From: Paenibacillus sp. HJGM_3 | GTDB lineage: Bacteria > Bacillota > Bacilli > Paenibacillales > NBRC-103111 | Assembly (NCBI RefSeq): GCF_045062745.1 | Contig: NZ_JBJGED010000019.1 | Coordinates: 53,039 to 77,038 of the forward strand | DNA: 24,000 bases | Reading direction: 5' to 3' | Shown here: positions 8,846-16,436 of the stretch, piece by piece | Layout of the letters: every line of letters begins with the position of its first letter | Position numbering within the stretch: position 1 is the first letter of the stretch | Program-made: the position numbers and the translations under genes | Notes under the pieces: generated by a model | The model's input: only the letters and a program-made list of their open reading frames with translations | Database searches by the model: none | Told to the model about the DNA's origin: nothing

Positions 8846-9695
8846 ATGGAAACCGTTGCTCTTGTCGTTAGCGTATCACACTCTGGGAAGCATCACAGAT
8901 GCGGAGGATATTGTCCACGAAGTGTTCGTGTCGTGGGAAGAGAATCCGCCGCAGCAAGTACGCGACTTCAAGTCCTATTTGTGCAAGTCGGTTCATAATC
9001 GTTGCGTTGATTTCATTCGATCGTCGAGTAAAAAACGAGAATCGTATCTCGGTCCCTGGTTGCCGGAGCCGGTTGATACCGGGGAACTTCGGAAGAGCGA
9101 TCCATTCGCGATGATGGTATGGAAAGAATCCCTTTCTACAGCGGGATTGTTATTGTTGCAGCAGCTCTCCGCGACAGAACGGATTGTATTCCTGCTGCGT
9201 GAAGCGTTTCATTACCGTTTTGATGAAATTGCCGAGATTGTCGACAAAAGCACGGCAAATTGCCGGCAAATCTTTCATCGGGCGAAGAAGAGCATCGGTC
9301 CATTGCCTGTACGGAGCCCGGAAGTAAGGGAGACCAAAGCGGCCTTAGCTGAACGATTCGCCGTGGCGTTGATGAACGGGAATATCGGATTGCTCATTGA
9401 ATTGTTATCAGCGGAAACCGTACTTTACACGGATGGAGGGGGTAAGGTAAAAGCGGCATTCCGCCCAATCCTTGGTTCGGATCGAATCATCCGTTATTTC
9501 GTCGGTATTGCGCATGAGGTTCCGGCAGGATATCGATGTGAGACTTGTGAAATCAACGGCATGCCGGGAATACGGTTAGCGGCCGGAGAGATGATTTTCG
9601 CAGTTATTACATTTGAGTATTCGCAGGAGCGGCTATCCAACCTCTATATCGTGATGAATCCGGAGAAACTGTCGCACTTTAATCGTGCGAAGTAA
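8820..9695 (+). CDS. ECF sigma factor, ECF41/SigJ-like, with a fused C-terminal SnoaL-like extension
   Basis: The ORF is 291 aa. Sigma region 2 reads LAYHTLGSITDAEDIVHEVFV and region 4 reads ERIVFLLREAFHYRFDEIAEIVDKSTANCRQIFHRAKK. A ~110-aa extension follows, containing DGGGK and a near-terminal NPEKL. The TTG start overlaps the oxidoreductase stop by 26 nt. No anti-sigma gene is adjacent. Confidence 0.85.
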   Translation: MERGELYLEWKPLLLSLAYHTLGSITDAEDIVHEVFVSWEENPPQQVRDFKSYLCKSVHNRCVDFIRSSSKKRESYLGPWLPEPVDTGELRKSDPFAMMVWKESLSTAGLLLLQQLSATERIVFLLREAFHYRFDEIAEIVDKSTANCRQIFHRAKKSIGPLPVRSPEVRETKAALAERFAVALMNGNIGLLIELLSAETVLYTDGGGKVKAAFRPILGSDRIIRYFVGIAHEVPAGYRCETCEINGMPGIRLAAGEMIFAVITFEYSQERLSNLYIVMNPEKLSHFNRAK

Positions 9696-9759
9696 GGCTG
9701 CTGTGAAAAACTTGTAGGCAGGTAGTCGGGGAGCAAAAAAACGGCATCTCTGCCGGCCA

Positions 9760-9798
9760 TAAAAAATTCCGCATGATGGGTTTGACCCACTCATGCGG
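9760..9798 (-). terminator. Rho-independent terminator of the SLH/YVTN gene
   Basis: The hairpin pairs ccgcatgatgggt with acccactcatgcgg (9769-9798, one bulge). On the minus strand a T6 run follows (plus-strand A run 9761-9766). A second small hairpin with a T7 run lies at 9734-9756. Confidence 0.7.
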
Positions 9799-9816
9799 AA
9801 CGATGGCTGCTCGCAA

Positions 9817-12800
9817 TCAGTCAATCGATCCAAGCGTTTTCAGCGTCCTTACGAACACGACCACCGCCTGTGCGCGTGTTGTTTCTCCCTTTGGACTGAA
9901 TGTGTCCTCGGCTGTACCTGTCATTATTTGAAGCTTGACCATGAGACGAACGTCCTCCAGATAAGACGCGTCCACGCTTCCGATATCCTTGTAGCCGTCC
10001 AAGCTAACGGGTTGCTGTGTGATCGCCAGATTTTCGAGCGTAATGACAGCAGCCAGCATACTTGCCATATCTTCGCGGGTTAGCGGCTGATCCGGCATGA
10101 AGCTGTAGCCTTTCACGAAGTTCAGTAGTCCGAGCTCCTTCGCTTTCGCTACCTCTCCAAAATACCATGCGTTTTGCTTCACATCGTCATAGGGCACCGT
10201 ACTGCCGGTCGATGTGCCGCGTCCGAGCGCCCGGACCAGCATCGCAGTGAACTCCGCTCTTGTTACGGCTCGGTCAGGGTTGTATAGGCCGCCGCCAACG
10301 CCATCCACAAGCCCTTTCGCCGCAGCAAGTTCGACGAACGACTGGCTCCAATGCTTAAGCACATCGGTAAAGCTCGCCGCATTTTCCGCCACCGTATACA
10401 CGCTATTGGAATAAGAGCGGATCATCACATACCATATGCCATCGATCAATACTTTCTTGGCGGGAACAAACTGAAACTTCTTCGTAGTATCGTTATAGCG
10501 GAAAGCGCCCCATTGCTCCGGCATGCTGGCTATGCTCTTCGGCATCGGTATCACTCTCGTGAGCGCCTTATTGAACTGATCCGCTGTTCCGATCGTTTGG
10601 CCAGTCTTCGTATTTATAACGTCGATGTGGAAATCCACCATCGCGCCCAGCACTTTACCCTCTGGTAAGTCGTTCGAAAGCGCCGTCCGTATGTCTTTGT
10701 CGCCGGACTTGTCAGTAAGCACAATCTTGAAATGGATATCCTCGGCTTTGAGGTTATGGTTTGCAAGCAAGTCTTTGAGTCCCGGAATCAGCGACGCCAC
10801 ATTGACCGGTATTCGATAGATGCCGTAAGGCGTCTTAATCTCGATTAAGAAGGTAGGGTTCTTACCCTCAAAGCTCGTCAAAATGCTTGCCGGAATGCTC
10901 ACATACGCTACGCCGTCCTTAGGCGTAACTTCCAGTGTGACGGATGGCTTCGTTGTGTCGATTGTATCCGGGTTAAGCGTTACGCCATTCAGGTCGATGA
11001 GCGGCAATGTAACGGGAGGCGTTGAGTCGCCTTCGTCACTCGGTGATGGCGGCGTTGGTGTCGTGTCGCTCACCGTAACAGCCAAGATTGGATCGACACC
11101 CGCGCTAAAGTCGAAGGTCAGGTTGGTCGTACCAACCGTTTGCGCTGCCAAATAGCTCTTCTTGATCGTTACGGTGCTACCCGAAACAATGTAGTCGGTG
11201 CCGGATACTAGGGTAGACGTGCCGTTCTTAATCGCGCTGAGCGTGTTGCCGTTTAACGTCATCGTAACCGGGATGTCGGCTTGGGCGGACGTCTTCTTAT
11301 CAAAAGCTGCCGTTGTCGGCGTTATCGTTGAATCATAGATTGTCGTATCGATTACAGTGACAGCCAAGACCGGATCGACACCTGCCTCGAAATCGAAGGT
11401 CAGGTTCGTCGTACCGACCGCTTGCGTTGCCAAGTAGTTTTTGTTGATGGTAACAATGTTGCCTGCTACGGTGTAGTCGGTGCCGGATGCGAGCGCGGAT
11501 GCGCCGTTCTTAATCGCGCTGAGCGTGTTGCCGTTTAACGTCATCGTTACCGGGATGTCGGCTTGGGCGGACGTTTTTTTGTCAAAGCTTGCGCTTGTTT
11601 GGTCAATCCCGCTGTCAGGGATGAAGAAATACCGATAGGCAGCTGCCACTCCAGCCGGAACCCCACCACCTTGCGCTTCCAATACCAGTGCATATATCGT
11701 ATGTTCGCCGCGAGTCATCGATGTCGTCGTTCCCGTCCAATCGCTGCCTGCTCTGTTTGCTTGTATCCATGGCCCTTCGGTGCTGTCAAGCTGGAAATAC
11801 ACACTTTGCACGACCGAAGGAAACGGCGTATAAGAATTGGTTACTTGGAACGTGAACGTCTCGCTCGTTCTGTGTGCAATGTTGTCGGGTAATGGCATTA
11901 TCGCAACATTCATCGGATTCATCGTACGTCCGGCAGCGTCGATGACGGTCACGTTGACGCTGCTATTATTCGGGAGAACATAGATTTTGTTCGTAACCGA
12001 ATTCACCGCGAGGGTATAAGGATCAGCTCCCGCCGCTACATGCGTCGTCGTGTTGGTCGCGCCATCTATGACTGTCACGGTGTCGCTGTTTTCATTAGCA
12101 ACATAGATTTTGTTCGTTACCGGATTCACCGCAATTCCACTAGGACTGGTTCCTACCGGTGCCGTCGTCGTCGTGTTGCTCGTACCATCGATGATCGTCA
12201 CTTTGCCATCCAATGGATTATTAACATAGATTTTGTTCGTTACCGGATTCACCGCAATTACACTAGGATATAATCCCACCGCTACCGGCGTAGTTGTCGT
12301 GTTGCTCGCGCCGTCGATCACGGTCACGTTGGAGCTGTCATTATTGGCGACATAGATTTTATTCGTTACCGGATTCACCGCGATTGCCCAAGGACTGGTT
12401 CCCGCCGCTATCGTCGTCGTCGTGTTGCTCGCACCGTCGATGACCGTCACGTTATTGCTGTCAGCATTGGCTACATAGATTTTGTTCGTGACCGGATTCA
12501 GCCCAATTGCCCTAGGACTGGTCCCCACGGTTACCAGCGTCTTCGTGTTGCTTACTCCGTCTATGACCGTCACCTTGCCAATACCAACATGGGCCACATA
12601 GATTTTGTCCGTTACCGGATTCACCGCGACTGCGAGAGGATTGCTTCCCACTGGTACCGTCGTCGTCGTGTTGGTCGCGCCGTCTATAACTGTCACGTCT
12701 TGATCGTTACAATTGCTGACATAGATTTTGTTCGTTACCGGATTTACCGCAATTGCGCAAGGTGCGTGTCCCACCGGTACTGTCGTCGTCGTGTTATTCG

Positions 12801-14019
12801 CGCCTTCAATGACCGTCACGTTGTCGTTGAAGCGATTAGCGATATAGGTTTTATTCGTTACCGGATTCACCGCGACTGCGAAAGGATTGCTTCCCGCCGC
12901 TACCGTCGTCGGCGTGTTGCTCGCGCCGTCAATGACCGTCACGTTGTCGCTGCCAGAATTCGCGACAAAGATTTTGTTCGTTACTGGGTTCACCGCAATC
13001 GCTTTAGGGGTGGTTTCCGCCGGTACCGCAGTCGGCGTGTTGCTCGCGCCGTCTATAACTGTCACATTGTTGCTGCCAGCATTGGTCACATAGATTTTGT
13101 TTGTTACCGGATTGACCGTAATTTCCCAAGGGCTGCTCCCCGCCACTACCCGAGTCGTTGTGTTACTCGCGCCGTCAATGACTGTTACGCTGGTGCTGCC
13201 CTCATTGGCCACATAGATTTTATTCGTAACCGGATTCACCACGATTGCCCTAGGATTAGTTTCCGCCGCTATCGGAGTCATCGTGTTGCTCGCACCGTCG
13301 ATGACTGTCACGTTGGCGCTGCCATAATTGGTCACATAGATTTTATTCGTAACCGGATTCACCACGATTGCCCTAGGATTAGTTTCCGCCGCTACCGGAG
13401 TCGTCGTGTTGCTTGCACCGTCGATGACCGTCACGTTATTGCTGCTAGCATTGGCCACGTAGATTTTGTTCGTGACCGGATTCACCGCAATTGCACTTGG
13501 ACTGGTTCCCACAGGTACCGTCGTCGGCGTGTTGCTCGCTCCGTCAATGACCGTCACGCTTGCGCTGCCAGTATTGGCCACATAGATTGTGTTCGTTACC
13601 GGATTCACCGCAATTGCACTAGGACTGGTTCCCACTGGTACCGCCGTCGGCGTGTTGCTCACACCTTCAATGACTGTCACGCTGGCGCTGCCAGTATTGG
13701 CCACATAGATTTTGTTCGTTACTGGATTCACCGCAATTGCCGTAGGATTAGTTCCCGCCAATACTGTCGTCGTCGTATTGCTCGCACCGTCAATGACCGT
13801 CACGAAGGTGCTGCCATAATTGGCCACATAGATTTTGTTCGTTACCGGATTTACCGCAACTGCTTCCGGAGTGAGCCCCGACGTCGCAATAGCAGTCAAG
13901 CGCGTATCTGCCGAAGTCGATTGCGGCGCCAAAAAAAACGATGTAATGAAGAGTCCGAGCACCATAATCGTGTGAAGGATAGAGGTAAGCGACTTTCTTT
14001 TAAGTGTCCATTGTTTCAT
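9817..14019 (-). CDS. Secreted cell-wall-anchored protein: signal peptide, 16 YVTN-family beta-propeller repeats, an Ig-like domain, 2 X2 (CBM_X2-like) modules, a domain of unknown function and 3 SLH domains
   Basis: The ORF is 1400 aa. An AGGAGA SD precedes the start, and the N-terminal signal peptide ends ...APQSTSA|DT. The motif NPVTNKIYVAN...VTVIDGASNT recurs 16 times with a 41-aa period. FDKKTSAQADIPVTMTLNGNTLSAIKNG...LTFDF occurs twice. The C-terminus carries three SLH motifs: FTDV..HW...LVDG, YDDV...AWYF and YKDIGSV...TRAQA. Confidence 0.9.
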   Translation of the reverse strand: MKQWTLKRKSLTSILHTIMVLGLFITSFFLAPQSTSADTRLTAIATSGLTPEAVAVNPVTNKIYVANYGSTFVTVIDGASNTTTTVLAGTNPTAIAVNPVTNKIYVANTGSASVTVIEGVSNTPTAVPVGTSPSAIAVNPVTNTIYVANTGSASVTVIDGASNTPTTVPVGTSPSAIAVNPVTNKIYVANASSNNVTVIDGASNTTTPVAAETNPRAIVVNPVTNKIYVTNYGSANVTVIDGASNTMTPIAAETNPRAIVVNPVTNKIYVANEGSTSVTVIDGASNTTTRVVAGSSPWEITVNPVTNKIYVTNAGSNNVTVIDGASNTPTAVPAETTPKAIAVNPVTNKIFVANSGSDNVTVIDGASNTPTTVAAGSNPFAVAVNPVTNKTYIANRFNDNVTVIEGANNTTTTVPVGHAPCAIAVNPVTNKIYVSNCNDQDVTVIDGATNTTTTVPVGSNPLAVAVNPVTDKIYVAHVGIGKVTVIDGVSNTKTLVTVGTSPRAIGLNPVTNKIYVANADSNNVTVIDGASNTTTTIAAGTSPWAIAVNPVTNKIYVANNDSSNVTVIDGASNTTTTPVAVGLYPSVIAVNPVTNKIYVNNPLDGKVTIIDGTSNTTTTAPVGTSPSGIAVNPVTNKIYVANENSDTVTVIDGATNTTTHVAAGADPYTLAVNSVTNKIYVLPNNSSVNVTVIDAAGRTMNPMNVAIMPLPDNIAHRTSETFTFQVTNSYTPFPSVVQSVYFQLDSTEGPWIQANRAGSDWTGTTTSMTRGEHTIYALVLEAQGGGVPAGVAAAYRYFFIPDSGIDQTSASFDKKTSAQADIPVTMTLNGNTLSAIKNGASALASGTDYTVAGNIVTINKNYLATQAVGTTNLTFDFEAGVDPVLAVTVIDTTIYDSTITPTTAAFDKKTSAQADIPVTMTLNGNTLSAIKNGTSTLVSGTDYIVSGSTVTIKKSYLAAQTVGTTNLTFDFSAGVDPILAVTVSDTTPTPPSPSDEGDSTPPVTLPLIDLNGVTLNPDTIDTTKPSVTLEVTPKDGVAYVSIPASILTSFEGKNPTFLIEIKTPYGIYRIPVNVASLIPGLKDLLANHNLKAEDIHFKIVLTDKSGDKDIRTALSNDLPEGKVLGAMVDFHIDVINTKTGQTIGTADQFNKALTRVIPMPKSIASMPEQWGAFRYNDTTKKFQFVPAKKVLIDGIWYVMIRSYSNSVYTVAENAASFTDVLKHWSQSFVELAAAKGLVDGVGGGLYNPDRAVTRAEFTAMLVRALGRGTSTGSTVPYDDVKQNAWYFGEVAKAKELGLLNFVKGYSFMPDQPLTREDMASMLAAVITLENLAITQQPVSLDGYKDIGSVDASYLEDVRLMVKLQIMTGTAEDTFSPKGETTRAQAVVVFVRTLKTLGSID
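11056..11601 (-). repeat. Tandem duplication (~270 bp x 2) encoding two X2-like modules
   Basis: A long near-identical stretch, ccgttcttaatcgcgctgagcgtgttgccgtttaacgtcatcgt[a/t]accgggatgtcggcttgggcggacgt, occurs at ~11222-11290 and ~11505-11575. Confidence 0.85.
11887..13857 (-). repeat. Tandem 123-bp coding repeat array (16 units) encoding the YVTN blades
   Basis: The string cacatagattttgttcgttac recurs with a 123-nt period, for example at 13825 and 13702. The adjacent units at ~13.21-13.33 kb and ~13.33-13.46 kb are nearly identical at the nucleotide level. Confidence 0.9.
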
Positions 14020-14160
14020 CCGAGATTCTCCTGTCTGCGAGCCGCGAGACGCCGTTAATGGGCGTCTGACCCTGTATAAATGTATTCCGCTTCGTCGGTG
14101 CTCTAAGCCGCATTAGCCGCACAAAATAATTCCTGTTCGCTATCCATTTCTATTAAATAC

Positions 14161-14174
14161 ATACTCTAGAGTAT
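14161..14174. promoter_or_regulatory. Perfect 14-bp palindrome ATACTCTAGAGTAT upstream of the SLH/YVTN gene
   Basis: This is an exact palindrome about 140 nt upstream of the start codon, next to a TATGAT -10-like hexamer on the minus strand. Any function is unproven. Confidence 0.3.
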
Positions 14175-14237
14175 ATCATACCAAGACTAAAAATTGGTAT
14201 AAGTAGAATCAAACCCGTTTCGATCAGCGTCTTCGGC

Positions 14238-14295
14238 TGACTAAGGGGATGTCCGAATCTTGATTGAACTTGCTGATGAAACTTATTCGATGATG
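14238..14295. repeat. Copy A of a short direct repeat (ctaRgggga-tgtcYgaatcKtgatt...ttgctga)
   Basis: Aligning ggggatgtccgaatcttgattgaacttgctgatga with ggggaatgtctgaatcgtgattatgtttgctgacga at 16442-16477 gives about 28 matches in 35 positions with one 1-nt gap. Confidence 0.4.
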
Positions 14296-14307
14296 TAGCG
14301 CGGCATA

Positions 14308-14340
14308 AAGAAAGAAGCCACCCGAAGGTGGCTTCTTTCT
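14308..14340 (-). terminator. Rho-independent terminator downstream of the TetR gene and tRNA-like element 1
   Basis: The stem pairs agaaagaagccacc with ggtggcttctttct around the loop cgaa. On the minus strand it is followed by tttctttat. Confidence 0.75.
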
Positions 14341-14343
14341 GTA

Positions 14344-14421
14344 TAGAGCCTAAGGGGATTGAACCCCTGACCGCATCGCTGCCAGCGATGCGCTCTCCCA
14401 CGCTTGCTAGCTACACTACCC
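14344..14421 (-). pseudogene. Decayed tRNA-Ala(GGC)-like element 1
   Basis: The minus-strand sequence is GGGTAGTGTAGCTAGCAAGCGTGGGAGAGCGCATCGCTGGCAGCGATGCGGTCAGGGGTTCAATCCCCTTAGGCTCTA. The anticodon arm (CATCG-CTGGCAG-CGATG, anticodon GGC) and the T arm are intact. Only 4 of 7 acceptor pairs form, and the D arm carries an insertion and a mismatch. Confidence 0.6.
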
Positions 14422-14457
14422 AAATTCTATCTACACCTTAGAAGCTTCCAAACGCTC

Positions 14458-15036
14458 TCAATTCGAACGTATACCTTTAAAAACTTGAGTTACTAATTGC
14501 TCAACATAGTTTTTACCAATCGGATCCCCCGTAACTAGTAAACGGTAGAAAATCGGGCCGTAAATGAGATCTGTGCATAATGCGATATCGAGATTCTTCC
14601 ACAGCTCTCCACGCTCAAGCCCCCGATTCATTATAGTACGAACCTCCAGCCGGCGAGGCTGAATATAGCGGGTCCGAAATGCCTCGGCCAATGCAGAATC
14701 AACCTGCCCCTGTCCTATAATTTCCAGAAAAATGGACCCCTCGCGGCTTATCATAAACTGGGCCATATTCGTAGCATGTTCCAGGATATCCTGAAACACC
14801 GAACCTGTATCCGGCACAGGCAATCTTGCAGTCGCAGCGGATAGAAAACCGTCCATCACCACTGCAGCCTTGTTTGGCCACCATTTATAAATCGTGGCTT
14901 TGCTTACCTGGGCACGCTCAGCGATTTTCTCTACCGTAACAGCTCCAAAGCCGCTTTCCAACAATAATTCATAAGAAGCTGATAGGATGGAGCTTTGCGT
15001 TTCCATATTGCGCGGACGCCCTCTTTTGCCCTGCAC
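14458..15036 (-). CDS. TetR/AcrR family transcriptional regulator
   Basis: The ORF is 192 aa with an N-terminal HTH, TVEKIAERAQVSKATIYKWWPNK. It has a GTG start with an AAGGAGGA SD 5 nt upstream. It is divergent from the MFS gene. Confidence 0.9.
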   Translation of the reverse strand: MQGKRGRPRNMETQSSILSASYELLLESGFGAVTVEKIAERAQVSKATIYKWWPNKAAVVMDGFLSAATARLPVPDTGSVFQDILEHATNMAQFMISREGSIFLEIIGQGQVDSALAEAFRTRYIQPRRLEVRTIMNRGLERGELWKNLDIALCTDLIYGPIFYRLLVTGDPIGKNYVEQLVTQVFKGIRSN

Positions 15037-15075
15037 AGGAATCCTCCTTTGTCAAAATCCTCTTATTCCAAATAA

Positions 15076-15183
15076 ACTATACGTTTAGTATACAAAACAA
15101 ATTAATTTTTAAAAAGTCTATTTACAAAACGATACGTACAGTATATTATTTCAGTTAACTATATATTAAACTAAACGTTCAGT
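15076..15183. promoter_or_regulatory. Divergent TetR/MFS control region with three operator-like palindromes (ACT-N2-ACGT-N2-AGT)
   Basis: The three sites are ACTATACGTTTAGT (15076-15089), ACGATACGTACAGT (15129-15142) and ACTAAACGTTCAGT (15170-15183). Site 2 fills the spacer of a TTTACA (15121-15126)-17-TATTAT (15144-15149) promoter facing the MFS gene. Site 1 overlaps a minus-strand TATAGT. Confidence 0.6.
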
Positions 15184-15205
15184 ATTTATTAAAAGGAGGA
15201 TTTTT

Positions 15206-16429
15206 ATGGTTAGCGAACACGGTAAACAAGGCAACCGTATATCAAGTTGGATGATGTTTCTGTTGGCAGCCGCGTGCGGCCTTATCGTTGCCAATCTTTA
15301 TTATGCTCAACCCCTTGTAGGACCTATCAGCGTTGCAACTGGCCTTACTGCTGCAACGGCGGGATTCATTGTTACAATGACCCAAATCGGTTATGTAGCC
15401 GGGCTGTTGTTCATCGTACCGCTAAGCGACGTCATTGAAAATCGGCGTCTCACGGTGATTATGCTTATGGTTGCAGTTGGCGCACTGTTAACTGCCGGAC
15501 TCGCATCCAATGCACCGTTGTTCTTTATCGCATCTTTATTCATTGGGATTGCATCGGTAGTAGCCCAGATTCTCGTGCCATTCGCCGCCTATTTAGCGTC
15601 CGAAGATCAGCGCGGCCGAGTTGTCGGTAATGTTATGAGCGGCCTTTTATTAGGTATTATGTTCGCCCGGCCGTTGGCCAGCTTCGTAACCAGTCTTTGG
15701 GGTTGGAGAGCTATATTTATTTTGTCTGCAATTGTTATTTCTTTATTGACCGCCTTGCTATCATTTGCGCTTCCGGTTCGTAAGCCGTTTCCAGCCGTAC
15801 GCTACGAAAAATTAATTGTTTCTTTAGGCGCTATTTTCCAACAAACTCCCTCGTTACGACGTCGCGCTATGTATCAAGCCTGTTTATTTGGTGCTTTCAG
15901 TTTATTTTGGACGGTTGTTCCTTTACATTTAGCGGATCATTTCGGAATGTCCCAAATAGGTATTGCATGGTTTGCGCTAGTTGGTGTTGGTGGGGCGATA
16001 GCTGCACCGATTGCCGGAAGATTAGCGGATAAAGGCTGGAGTAAAGTGTTAACTGGAATAGCCATGATTGTAGCCGTATTGTCTTTTTTGCTCATCCATC
16101 TGTTCCAAGGTTCTTCAAGCTTTGCTCTGATTCTTCTCTTTGTATCCGCCATTACACTTGACATGGCCGTATCTGGGAATCTTGTGATTGGTCAACGTAC
16201 GATTTATTCATTAGGAAGTGAAGCGAGAGGACGCCTGAACGGACTCTTCATGGCCATATTCTTCGTAGGCGGAGCCATCGGTTCATCTTTGGGAGGCTGG
16301 TCTTATGCCCATGGGGGCTGGAGTCTCACGTCTCTTATTGGAACAATCTTGCCGCTCTTGGCTTTGGTTTACTTTCTCACCGAAAAAAGAACAACTGAAC
16401 GGGTTGAACTTACAAGTCACGGCAGCTGA
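15206..16429 (+). CDS. MFS transporter (12-TM type)
   Basis: The ORF is 407 aa and highly hydrophobic, with about 12 predicted helices and an MFS-like loop, PLSDVIENRR. An AAAGGAGGA SD precedes the start. Confidence 0.9.
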   Translation: MVSEHGKQGNRISSWMMFLLAAACGLIVANLYYAQPLVGPISVATGLTAATAGFIVTMTQIGYVAGLLFIVPLSDVIENRRLTVIMLMVAVGALLTAGLASNAPLFFIASLFIGIASVVAQILVPFAAYLASEDQRGRVVGNVMSGLLLGIMFARPLASFVTSLWGWRAIFILSAIVISLLTALLSFALPVRKPFPAVRYEKLIVSLGAIFQQTPSLRRRAMYQACLFGAFSLFWTVVPLHLADHFGMSQIGIAWFALVGVGGAIAAPIAGRLADKGWSKVLTGIAMIVAVLSFLLIHLFQGSSSFALILLFVSAITLDMAVSGNLVIGQRTIYSLGSEARGRLNGLFMAIFFVGGAIGSSLGGWSYAHGGWSLTSLIGTILPLLALVYFLTEKRTTERVELTSHGS

Positions 16430-16436
16430 ATTAGAA

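Noticed and set aside
11887-13857. Regular 123-bp periodic repeats that could superficially suggest a CRISPR-like array
   Set aside because: The whole period is repeated, so there are no unique spacers. It lies inside one long ORF encoding protein repeats, and no cas genes are present.
12589-14058. 489-aa plus-strand ORF, Arg/His/Cys-rich and itself repetitive (HIDFVRYRIHRNC...)
   Set aside because: It is the antisense reading of the 123-bp YVTN repeat array. Its periodicity and extreme composition mirror the minus-strand gene. It has no SD, and the minus-strand protein carries the recognisable domains and signal peptide.
14153-14401. 82-aa minus-strand ORF
   Set aside because: It runs through tRNA-like element 1 and its terminator hairpin. 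It has no SD and no recognisable motif.
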